The notes under the pieces were generated by a model. It was not told where the DNA came from. It did not search any database and was given only the letters and a program-made list of their open reading frames with translations. From Bispira polyomma (Eukaryota): a stretch of 64,000 bases of DNA. The translations under genes and the position numbers were made by a program. This document shows, piece by piece, positions 11,928 to 22,967 of this stretch (the stretch's first letter is position 1; each line of letters begins with the position of its first letter). The DNA lies in assembly GCA_965649765.1 (NCBI GenBank), contig OZ287756.1, forward strand, positions 32,426,001 through 32,490,000. Reading direction: 5' to 3'.

Positions 11928-13624
11928 TTTGGCTTGACTGTTTTAAAATTATTTCAAAATTTAAAAATTTACTATTTTAACCCTCTTTACATGTATACTA
12001 TGTCCTAACTTGTAAATAATAAAATCTCAAACCTCGAGTTTTAACACATCTTTACCCCACATATATTTAAAATACCACTTCTTGTTACCTCCTTAAGCTG
12101 GGCACACACTTAGGTGAACTGTAGCACGACCATGAAGGGGTCTGCCACTTCAGTTCACCCCCACACATAATAAAATTTATAACTACCTTAATACCTGGGG
12201 GCGAGTCGACTAACTATTCACTCTGTCTATCCAGCCATACACACACCCATTCTCTTTGTGTGGGAGAACAATACTTTTTCCCACCTTTTTCTAGTCTTCA
12301 TTTGAAAACGTGGCCCTGAAGAAGCAACACCAGGGAAAGTTATCCCACCTCCTCCCCTTTACCACAGCAATATAATAGTGCATTGTTATAATCCACGAAT
12401 AGACATGAGTGCGTTTGTGTAGCTTGCTTGAAATGTATTTGAAATTCTATATGAGGGCGTCAAACAGGATGTAGTATGTTAAGAGGTGATATTTAAAGAT
12501 TTGTGGGTAAATTCCTGGCACGCGCATCCACTTGACGCTGGTGGGAGTAGTCCGAGTCCGTGTGAGGGGTCGTGATCTCTAAACCTCCCGAGTTCATGTT
12601 TAGGGGGCCAGGGTAGAATAAGAACTCTGGACATCACAACCCCCCGCTAGGCGATTTGGTGCCGCAGGGCCGGCCTCCTCCAACTAGCCGCTTGTGGTTG
12701 CCCCTGCACAGTAACCTATAAAAATATGTTGAAACGTTTGACCAATTAAGGGGTACTTGACTTCATATACTGCAATACTTTCACACTGGCCAAGTACATG
12801 GCTGTGTTTTCAGTGATAAAGTAATCTGAAACGTTGGACAGTTTACTATGTGAACTAAAATATGTTATGATAATGGATAAAATCCTGGTGCTTGTACACA
12901 GGTTAGTACTGTTCTCTAAATAGAAGATATGCAACTAATATTTATATTATTTCAGTGAAAGGCTTTGACCTATTATGCTGTTTTTATTTGTAACTTTTAT
13001 GGCTAGTCCTATTTGTGCTGATTTGTGAACGTATATACTGTTATTGATGATACGTTTATATGAACTGTTATGGGTGTTTTAAAATTATTTAAAAATTTAA
13101 AAATTTACTATTTTAACCCTCTTTACATGTATACTATGTCCTAACTTGTAAATGATAAAATATCAAACCTCGAGTTTTACTACATCTTTACACCACATAT
13201 ATTTAAAATACCACTTCTTGTTACCTTCTTAAGCTGGGCACACACTTAGGTGAACTGTACTCTGCAAACCAACAACATTTCGCAAATCCAAAACTAAATT
13301 TCTAACATCCATGCCAGGGCCAAGATTGGAACCCATGGCTGTAGAGGTGGGAAGTGATTGTATTACCACTGCATTACCAGGACCTTTATTGGAAAAATTA
13401 CATGACAAAATGAAATAGACAGTACAATAGGAGCCTGATGGGCGTTGTGTGTGGGCACATATTTCAATATAGTGGTCGTGGCAGCCATATTACTTTTGGC
13501 GACAAAATCAATACCATGTTTCAAGTTACAAATATTGTACTTCAAACGCCAGGGTCCATTACAGCTGCACTATGTTGCACTAAAACCATGTTGTTAATGT
13601 TATGGTGTGCATCTATTTGATTCA

Positions 13625-13990
13625 AGACCAGTGATTTTGAAGTTTTAAGACAGAGATAACAACAATATACTTTTTGGTATTTTGTTCCGTGCATTTAGCA
13701 TCACCACTATTATTTTGACATTGTGTGTAATAACAAGCCATGATATAGCAGTGGTATTATTTAGTGCATAGTAAAGAACAATACTAATACACCCCATAAG
13801 GGAAACACTTAAGTAAATAACTAAGCATTACTATAGGATTAACCTTAACACAAATAAGAGGTCCAAACTTTAACTTAAGGGGAGGGTAGGGTGGAAACTA
13901 TTTTTTCACGTCCTTCCCAGTTGGTGCTTCTAAAGTAGTTTGGTGCAACATCCCTGACTTTTTGGTCACAGAGCATGTTTGCTATCTCAA
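13625..13990 (-). repeat. Detached 3' terminus (end of A2, spacer, B2) of element E3
   Basis: 13625-13795 is a direct repeat of 19457-19626, which follows the E3 YR stop; adjacent - strand gaagcaccaactgggaag resembles the E1 A-repeat end gaagcaacaccagggaaag. Confidence 0.7.
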
Positions 13991-14169
13991 TTACGTCCTC
14001 AAAAACCTACTACAGTGTAGAAGGAGTTGCATACTTAAAGTAGCACACCCCAGTCAATCTTAGGGAAAGTTAAACATTTAATTAGTTACATTTGGCCTGG
14101 TTGGCCTTATTTAATACAGTGTAAAATATAAAATCAAGATAGACAAGGAAGGTCACCTTGCCAGTGTCA

Positions 14170-17100
14170 CACCTAGAAAGCAAAACTTGAAATAGCTAAA
14201 ACCTTTTCTGCACTCTCTGGCCTCCTTGTGACTTTAAATTCCTCCCCACATGTGGGTTGTTTGTTAGTTGTAAAGTAGAAGCTGAAGAGGGCTGGGCGCC
14301 ATATTGGAGAATATGAATTCTGTTTCATTGACTGAAAAAGGAAATATTTTAATAACTTTATACTTCTTTTTCGGAAATTAAGAGTCAAGCCCGCAAAAGT
14401 CGCTTCAAAGATCTGATATTATTACAGGATGGGTCTGAAACCAGCTTCGACAAAAACAACCAGGAAAAGTAATAGAAGTAGTATGGACAAAAGTGAAAAT
14501 TGTGAACAAGTCTGTTAGAAATAGTTCACCACTAAATGGTGCCACGGGAGGTACTTAGAGACTTCTGAAAAACTTCTGAAATGCAAAATAAATCTGTATC
14601 AGACAAGCTCGATGAACTATTGTCAGTGGTGGGGTCGCAAGTTAAGTACCAGGACGAATGTCTACCTAGACAGACACAGAATAAGGTGGTCATGAGAAAC
14701 ACGAAGCTGCCTTCATTTGAAATCCTTAAAAGTGACTCCCATATCCAAGCTGAAATTCACAAGAGGCTGCAACAGTACAATGGTGCTTCACGTCTGGAGG
14801 GTAAAGGTAAATGCTACTATTCTAAAGTATGGTCGCTTTCGAGCGGGCATATACAAAGTTAAAGTGCAATGTAATTGGCCCCAAGACTATTGTACAGTTG
14901 TTCATTCACATAAGCAGCCCACTTACGATGATATGCCCCCCCATTCAATGAGCACAGGGTTCACTTTGTTGCACACTTGAAGAAGGTAACCTTCAGTATA
15001 GGCAAGCTATGTTCAGTTATTACCTAAGCCTTATGCATGATGCAGTAGAGTTAGGGTTTGAAACTGCCAAGAAGGCACACGCGGCAGTTCTGAAAGAGAT
15101 TGAAAAGGGACGTGGGAAATTGGGAAAATGGTGAGTTGATTAAAAAAAAATAAGAGCTCAAAACACCCAGAAAGTCTCGCATGGTAGTCAAGGTGGTTAT
15201 GCTGAGAGTAAGGGCATAGAAACTAGGGTTTGTACACTCTTTAACAAGGGATCTTGCAGGTTAGAATGAGTTCATGTGACAAAAGGGGTGAAATACGAAC
15301 ACTATTACACTTACTGCTGCAGAGAAACACGTGGCACGACCACCCAGCGTGTAAGTGCGTGCATATGAAAAATGACAACAAGGAAACAAAGAAAGAACAG
15401 CAGGTTTAACCCAATAAGGTTCAAGGTGTCTGCTGGCTATGACGGTATAAGTCATATCAATACTTCCAACCTAAAAAGCAAGGCACTTAGTACTAATTTG
15501 CATGATACTTGTATTAATATAAGTTGAAATAACAGAAGCAGTCAGCTAAATGCTGCAGCTGAAATATTTATCCCCAAAGCACATTAAAAGGCAACGTGTT
15601 CAGCTTAATCCAGCGGCTGCAATATTTAAATCAAATAACGAAAAAAGTTCAATGTCGTTTAGTGAATCCCTGGTTACAGCTTAATGATACTGGCGTTAAT
15701 GCTTACGCCTATTCATGTATTAGTATAAACAGTGATAGTTGCACCTCCGTCTTAGACGTGATTGAAAATAGTTTAGTTGATACTTGGTCACAGCCTAATA
15801 ACAACAATATCAGTGCTTATGCCAATTCACGTATTAACAATATTAGTAGTGGCTCAAGAGCTATGTCATATATGGACAATATATCTAACAATGGTTTCAC
15901 ACACACATATGGTAGTGATACAAATGTTTATAGTGAATCAGGTATTAGTAGAGGCGATAATGTCTTTACAAAAAAATATCAGCTGTTTTAACTGCAGTAT
16001 TGAAGCTTGGTATGCAAAGGCTAACAATAACACCTGCAGCAATATTGGTAGTAGTATCAATAACAGTATTGGAAATGTTAACATATGCAGTGGTACAAGG
16101 AAGACCACAGGGTCTCTATTGCTCTACTGCACATGCTATCTTGCACATAACGCAATAATTCCAGCTTGCAACTCTAACGGGAGTCGTATACCTTGCTCCA
16201 TACTCGATCCATCACTAGAAAACTATTAAGGACCATACGGCTCTCCAATCAAATGTAAAATCTGTCTAGGGATCAGGTGGTCTGACTTAAACACGTGTAT
16301 ATGGGAAGTAAATGACCTTGCCAAAAAAAACAGTAAATGTCATAATGTCCTCGAAATGTATAATGATTCAAATGCAGATGTAACTAAAACGGAAACAATC
16401 GAATTCAAAGAAATCAATATTGATGGAAGTTTTAATGATTTAAACAGTTATAAAAGGGGAATGGAAGGTTGTACAAAGTATAGTGACTGTCATAATGTCC
16501 CCCAAGTGTATAATAGATTGAATGCTGACGTACGTGTCACAGAAAAGTGTAATAATTTAAACTGTATACGGGGAATGGATGAACTCGCACAATGCTATAA
16601 GTCTCATAATGTCTTCAATATGTATAATAGTTTGAACACAAACACACACTCAGCGGGAAACAATTATTTCATGGAGTTGAATTCTGATGACAGTCGTAAT
16701 GATTTTAGCTATGTACGGGGAATGGATGGCTTTACAGAGTACAGTAAGTGTCATAATGTCCCAAAAATGTATAATAGTTCCAATTTAGACATAAGTGTAC
16801 AGAAAAGAAGTGAACATACAGAATTGAATTTTAATGACAATCATAACGTCTCCTTTACAGGTAGCAATAACCATAATGCCCACCCGATATCAAATGATAC
16901 TACAAACGGGCAGCAAAGACATACCGTGCTCCTGTATAATAGTAGTAATCATAATATCAAAATGGATAAATATAGCAAATGTTCATATGTTAGTAAAATC
17001 AAGAAGCAATCAGCTGATTACCATAATGGTTCTAGCCATAGCTTTATGGGAAATAAAGTACTTTGCAACTACAACTATACGGAACATACTGGTGATTTTG

Positions 17101-19100
17101 TGATCAAGAATATTTTAGTTATAACAATTTTAGCAATAGTAGTAACAAGTATATATATACTGTACATGAGCAACAATGCACAAATTGTAATAAATTATAT
17201 ACATATACTTGTAGTCTATGTGAAAAAAATAATAAGACTCATATATGTATGGACAGTAGGCATACTGGTATTATGTATACTGAATCTGTATTATACGCGC
17301 ATTTTAGTACCAGTTACAGCAATAATGATAATAGTAACTGGAATAATAGTAGTTTTTATAATACATTCGAGTGTTTGGCTTATTTTAAGCTTAACCCAAT
17401 GATTCACTTACATGCAACACACATAAATGATAGTATACGAGTTTGGTCACGACTCATACATGTACTAATATTTGGAAGCCATAGAACACATAAGTAATCA
17501 AGACAGTGTTCCCCAAAGTCATGTAGGTCATAACCTTTTTAGTAATGACAGTATTATAGTAACTACATACAGCCAATGCACGCAGCAAGATAGTTTTAAA
17601 TGAATTATTGAGGGTACTCTAATTGCTCACAATAGCCCAGAATGATACTCTGTTAACAATTGCAATGCTGATAAGCAAGATACCATAATTGAACCCAGGG
17701 ACTTCGGATTCATTCCACATGCTCCTCCCAATGTCTGTAGACTACTTGATAATACCATAGCGTTTGCTCCTACAGTAGAATGATTAAATAACATCCACCA
17801 GATGGTGAAAAGTAATAGGCTTCTTAACTATCAGGGGGCTAGGGTTACAGTTCCATCAGGTCTAAATATTCCTGCTTTGAGAAGTATGCTTAAAGGGTAT
17901 TAATTAGAAATACTTGGTGAATATGTGCAATTTGGTTTCCCCTTGAATATTGACTATAGTATATTTTCATTTAATTCAGACATAAATAATCATAAATCTG
18001 TGTTATGCAATCCCAAAGGGGTTGATTAATATTTTCAGGCAGAGGTGAAACACAGGGCCATTATTAGCCCTATACAAGGTAAACCGTTTGTAAATTTCAT
18101 CTGTCTCCCTTAATGGCTTGTCCTAAACCTTATGGAGGAACTCGAGTTATTGTAGACCTTTCATGGCCCATTGGGCAAAGAGTCAATAGTTGTGTTTCTT
18201 GGGATATTTATCATGGTATTTCATTTACACTTAAATACCCCACCATAGATCAGGTGGTACAACAAATTAAAAAATTTGGTCCAACAGCTTTATTGTATAA
18301 GATAGATTTATCTAGAGCTTTTAGAAATTTTAGGATTGATCCTTATGACTATCCTGTGCTTGGTTTAAAGTGGCAAAATAATACATATATTGATATGTCA
18401 GACTATTCAATTGCTTAAAAATCATTAATGCTATACAATCTTTGGAAAATTCAGAAACATATATTGCACTGTTTCTCAGTGTGTTTTCGAATTTTTCAGA
18501 TTGGCCTCTTTGGTGCCAAATTCAATAAAAGAGTTTGACAGGAAACACTTTCCATCTAGAGCTGACTTGATATGGGGCACCCCTGGCATTTATAGACTTA
18601 TGACTTGCGCAAAAAAATATGCAAGTTTCTAGACATTACCAAGTTGTGCAATTAAGATTGTTGTCTGATAGCATTATTATGCCCAGTCAAAGCTATTAAA
18701 AGTATGCACAAGAAATTCCCTGCTGGTGAAGAATCACCCCTATTTTTGATTAAAACAAAAACAGAAGTAATACCATTTACAGCTCATAGACTTGGAATTT
18801 CCTCCCAAGGCTTTTGGCTTCCATGCCTTTTATAAAAGTGGTGCCTCATTGGCATTCGACAACACATAGACCTACAAAATATAAAAGCACATGGCAATTG
18901 AAGGGGTGAAGCAGTCTGGACATACCTTAGTTCCACTCCAAAAGCCTCCAGTGTAGCCCCTACTACCTTTCAAAAACTATTGTCCTAAATTCTAAAACCT
19001 ATTTAGGGTTTTGGCCCTTTATAATTTTAACTAACTTTGTGGATACTTAAGTTTTAGTATCAACAGAAATTTCTAATTTATGATTAAACATAGCTAAACA
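14170..19100 (+). mobile_element. YR retrotransposon E2 (Ngaro-like, heavily decayed; boundaries approximate)
   Basis: gag (WPQDYC..QPTYDD, ~14580-15360), long N-rich insert, RT (RVIVDLSWP, LKYPTIDQV, KIDLSRAFRN), YR remnant (FFRLASLVP; AHGN*RGEAVWTYL ~18890-18930); RH and YR start deleted near 18410. Confidence 0.85.
16330..16860 (+). repeat. In-frame 117-150-bp repeats encoding RGMDxxxxYSxCHNVxxMYNS within E2 ORF 16356-17402
   Basis: tcataatgtc..tgtataat core near 16339, 16489, 16606, 16750, plus a partial fifth unit. Confidence 0.8.
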
Positions 19101-19456
19101 CCATAGGTAACGGTATGGCTGGTTAACTATTATATATATATATACACACATGTAAGGCAGAATGCTCTAAAACTAGTACAGGTAACTGAGCTGAACGCTT
19201 CCCAGCTATGATGTAATATAGTTGTTAATAGATGTTAGATTTAACAAATAGATATAATAATGTTAACAAGCAGTTTATAACTAAGCTGTTGTAAACAAAG
19301 TTAATGATATTAGCAATTGAAAACTTAATTGTTAGCAGTACTAGCAAGTTGATGTGAAATAAAGGGTATATATGTTATGTTGTAAATAAACACTAAATAT
19401 GTTTTACATTCGTTGTTCTCATTGGTTTCTTTCCCATAAGACTAACCTTTGAAAGG

Positions 19457-22450
19457 ACCAGCGACCTTGAAGTTTTAAGACATAGATAATAAAAATATAC
19501 TTTTTGGTATTTTATTCCATGCATTTAGCATCACCATTTTATTTGACATTGTGTGACATAATAACAAGCCATGATATAGTAGTGGTATTATTTAGCGCAT
19601 ACTAAAGAATAATACTAATACACCCCAAGTTAAACAGTAATTTTTGAAAAGAATTAGTTTTTTGTTTTATGAAAGGATAGATTTAAAAGTGTTGGGAATA
19701 AGGTTGAGGTTTTGCCCAACCTGAAAATAGGACCAGACGTCTGACGTCCAAGTGCCATGGGATTGTAAACACTGAAGGGGAACATTATGTTGAAACAGCA
19801 GGGATGCTCCTGTCTGAATGCACGGAACCCAAGTGTGGAATTGTTGAGGTCCAAGAATGGCCAAAATGTCCTTTAATACATATCAAACTTTAACATCTGT
19901 TAAAACTTGATATTGGTAGCCACAGGCACTACAAACAAGGAGGACGCCAGTAGCGTTGGAAACTCACTATACATATTAGCCACGGCCTGAACTGGACATA
20001 AAGGTGAACCCGATAATTGGGTTGTAACTGAACATTAGTTTGTCGACTCTGCATGGCCTTAGTCAATTTAACACTGATAACTAGTCCAGGATTTGGAAAC
20101 TTAACATTACGCCTGAGAAGCAAACGCTCACTATCATACATATACACAGAATGTGAAACTAAATTGCTGATACAAAATAACCCAAAGAAAGCTATCAAGA
20201 ATATTGCCTTATAGACACTACCAAAAGGTTTACAATCACACTGTACACAAATGTTCTTAAGGTCCTCGACCCCGAAAATGTCTTTTACCTTGATATGTCT
20301 AGGAATATTATTATTAATAGACCTGAGTAACATGACTACCTGCACATTGCTAAAGACTTCCAAGTTCAAGTCAAACCGCCGGAAATGATGTTTAAGTGCA
20401 GACAAAAAGTTTTGAATTGTAGGGTAAGAAAGCCCTAGTTGAACCAAATGTTCAATGTAAGCCAAAATGACACTAAGTGAGTAGTGTGGATGAGGAACTG
20501 AGTTGGTAACACAAAATTTAAGAAAATGGGACAATGTTCGACTATAAAGAGCCCGAGTCCTGGGCTGAAAGGCAGATTTGGCTCGAACTTGAGCTAAAGA
20601 CAGCTGTGGTCGTAATCTATGCGAACACAAAAAGAAAACATACATAACGAACATTAACCTTAAATATCCCAATTAAGGGTAGTTGCATGGCAGGGGACCT
20701 GACTGAACGGTACAAGAGAAAACAACTCATGAAACTTAGTCCTTTTTCCTGAGTCTGAATACCGAGATAAGAGGTCAGCCCCTACATTGTCAATTCCCGG
20801 CACATGTCTAACCTGAAGTGTGATATTATAAGTGGCTGGGAGTAACCATATGTGCCAAGCAACTTGCAGACCTATCCTGTCGATGCCTATGTGGGAAAGG
20901 TGGTAGTTCCTTACTGTGGGCTGCTGGTTTCAGTGCAGAACCTTGATCAACTGTATGCAGTGTTTTCTCCAGCGTTTGCAACTACCCGTCCCAATATAAC
21001 CTAAACAGATACTAGAGGGGTATTTCCCCCTATTGAAATTTAAGATATTAACCACTGTAATGTTGTCAATATATATAATTATATTGTTGGTTGAAGGCAA
21101 CTATGTGGTGAGAGCAGTATATACATTAAGCATTCCAAGATGCACAATTATAACAGGATGATCAATTAACTGATCCAACTCTAAGTGTTCATAAACTGCC
21201 CCTAAACCAAATAGGCGTCCGTCCATATACACCACTTCACTCTAAAGAACAGGTTGGTCATGTAAGACTACACCATTAATCTGATTAAGAAATTGAACAA
21301 ACCACTTCATGCCAGCAATGAATGACTTAGGAAGCTTAAACCTTCCAGTATCAGGGCAAGTATGCAGTACTTGCAAGATATGGTTAACAGAAAGTCTAGT
21401 TGGTATAACACACTTACTAATGTATAATGGGTTTCCTACAATAATTTACATTTGTGCTTAGTGCCATAGCCTCTGCGACTCCATTCTACACAAAGTTCTG
21501 TAATTTCCTTAAGTTTGTCAGGAGGAAGACTAAGAGTACCTGCTGTTACATCAATTTGTAAGCCCAAACATGTGATAGCTTTGCCTAGAACTTCCAATCT
21601 GGAAGGACTCACTGGAAGGCCTAGATCCGTGAGTAGTTTTAGTAGGCAATCAAAAGTTGTAGTAGCCTCTAACGAGCTATGAATCCCAATTAAATCATCA
21701 ATATAGTTGTACACCACATAACCTTGCTGAGCCATTATATACCTAATACTGTCTGTCATCCTCTGGAAATAATGACTTTCATGCCGTAGGCGAAAGGGTA
21801 CTGCTTTGTCGATATAGTATGCATTTTGCCAATATAAGCCTAGTAAGTGGTAATCATGAGGGTGCACTCTCAAATTACGAAATGCCAAAAGAAGTAACAA
21901 TTAGAACCACATTGCTTAATATAGTCCACCATGTGATCCACTGTTGGATATGTAAGTACAAGGTCTGTATGAAGAAACACATCTTTAGAAACACGATCAT
22001 TGACTGATTGATCCCTTGGCCATGACAAATCTATAACGACTTTCCTGTTTTTTGAGTTAGGTTTATGTCTGGTCAGCATGGAGGAGATATATAAATCTGA
22101 GGACATCCCCATAGGAATCTTCAAGAGCTTCAAACTTGCATTCAGTTTGAATGTAGTGTGTAATATGATCAGGGTAACCATCTGCTGAAGGATGGTTATG
22201 TAGTTGCTGTGTCAATATAGATTTGTCCTGCTCGTCAATGGAAAACCCAAACTCTTGTAACTGTACTAATTGAGTATACTAGAGTTCAACCGCCAAGGTA
22301 CATTTATTATTACTAATGGCCCCATCTATGTGCATGAGATGCTTACTAAGGTGCAAATTTAAACTCTAAATTTAAACTGCCTTGGATATTAACAGTGGAC
22401 AAATTGTCCATTATAATAACTAGTCAAATTACTGGTGTCAAGAACCAAGT
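19457..22450 (-). mobile_element. YR retrotransposon E3 body (RT/RH, YR, B1; 5' end missing)
   Basis: RKVVIDLSWP, LTYPTVD, YNYIDDLIG, YR ORF 19929-20672 and HGTWTSDVWSY; B1 19457-19626. Confidence 0.88.
20875..21015 (+). mobile_element. 5'-truncated S1 SINE inserted in the E3 RNase H region
   Basis: tcgatgcctatgtgggaaaggtggtag...cccaatataacct matches the S1 body. Confidence 0.85.
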
Positions 22451-22489
22451 CACTATTAGTGTCACTATCTCATTGATAAGTCAATGCTG

Positions 22490-22730
22490 TTTTTTTTATT
22501 AAAATGGTTCAACCATATTTTAGAGAATTACGGATGCAAGTGAGAGTTATAATGAGTGCAATGCAGAATTAAATAGACGATTTTTATGTATTTCTCTGCC
22601 CAGTAAAATTCAGAAAACATATCAAAGATTGCAAGAAGTTCTTTCCAAGCTTGGGTTAACCGCAAGTCAGAAAAAAGGCACGGAAGATATTTGTCTAGGA
22701 AATATATTTAATACAGTGGAATACACTCAG
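22490..22730 (+). pseudogene. Short RT fragment of another YR retrotransposon
   Basis: Translates as GSTIF*RITDA..IDDFLCISLPSKIQKTYQRLQEVLSKLGLTASQKK, similar to E4 RT (GSAIFQRLSDA..IDDLLCCSVPSKIFHTYERLQALLSELGLTLSQKK). Confidence 0.75.
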
Positions 22731-22967
22731 TCCTCCCTCCCCTCCCCCCCCCCCCCCCCCCCCCGCATAGTGTTAAAGGTTAAGATTTGACCTGGCCATG
22801 ATATGCGGCAGTGATGGTAAAACTTGTAATAACACATAAAATAACACAAGCTTTAACATTTCTTTTGGGTTTTTATTATTACATACACTATTACATATAC
22901 TACAACTACTAAGTCCTCTCTACTTAAGTTTACCCCTAACTTAAACTTAACTTTTTTTAACTTATGG

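Larger units (their letters stand above)
7962..13259 (+). mobile_element. YR retrotransposon E1, Ngaro-like, complete split-direct-repeat structure A1-gag-pol-YR-B1-A2-spacer-B2
   Basis: A1 7962-8178 = A2 12123-12339 (217 bp, 4 mismatches); B1 11939-12123 = B2 13075-13259 (185 bp, ~7 mismatches); gag, RT (YIDDY), RNaseH (HIKGKKNIIAGALSR) and YR motifs; no methyltransferase between RH and YR; no TSD. Confidence 0.92.

Noticed and set aside
7962-13259. DIRS1- or PAT-type classification, or a prophage integrase
   Set aside because: No inverted termini or ICR and no methyltransferase domain; the YR is linked to RT/RH in a spliced eukaryotic context.
18488-18500. Apparent splice acceptor ttttcag in E2
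   Set aside because: It lies inside YR box I coding sequence (FFRL), not at the YR start, so it was excluded from the splicing argument.
13625-19626. LTR retrotransposon bounded by 170-bp LTRs
   Set aside because: No integrase, PBS or TSD; the repeats fit B1/B2 of the opposite-strand element E3.
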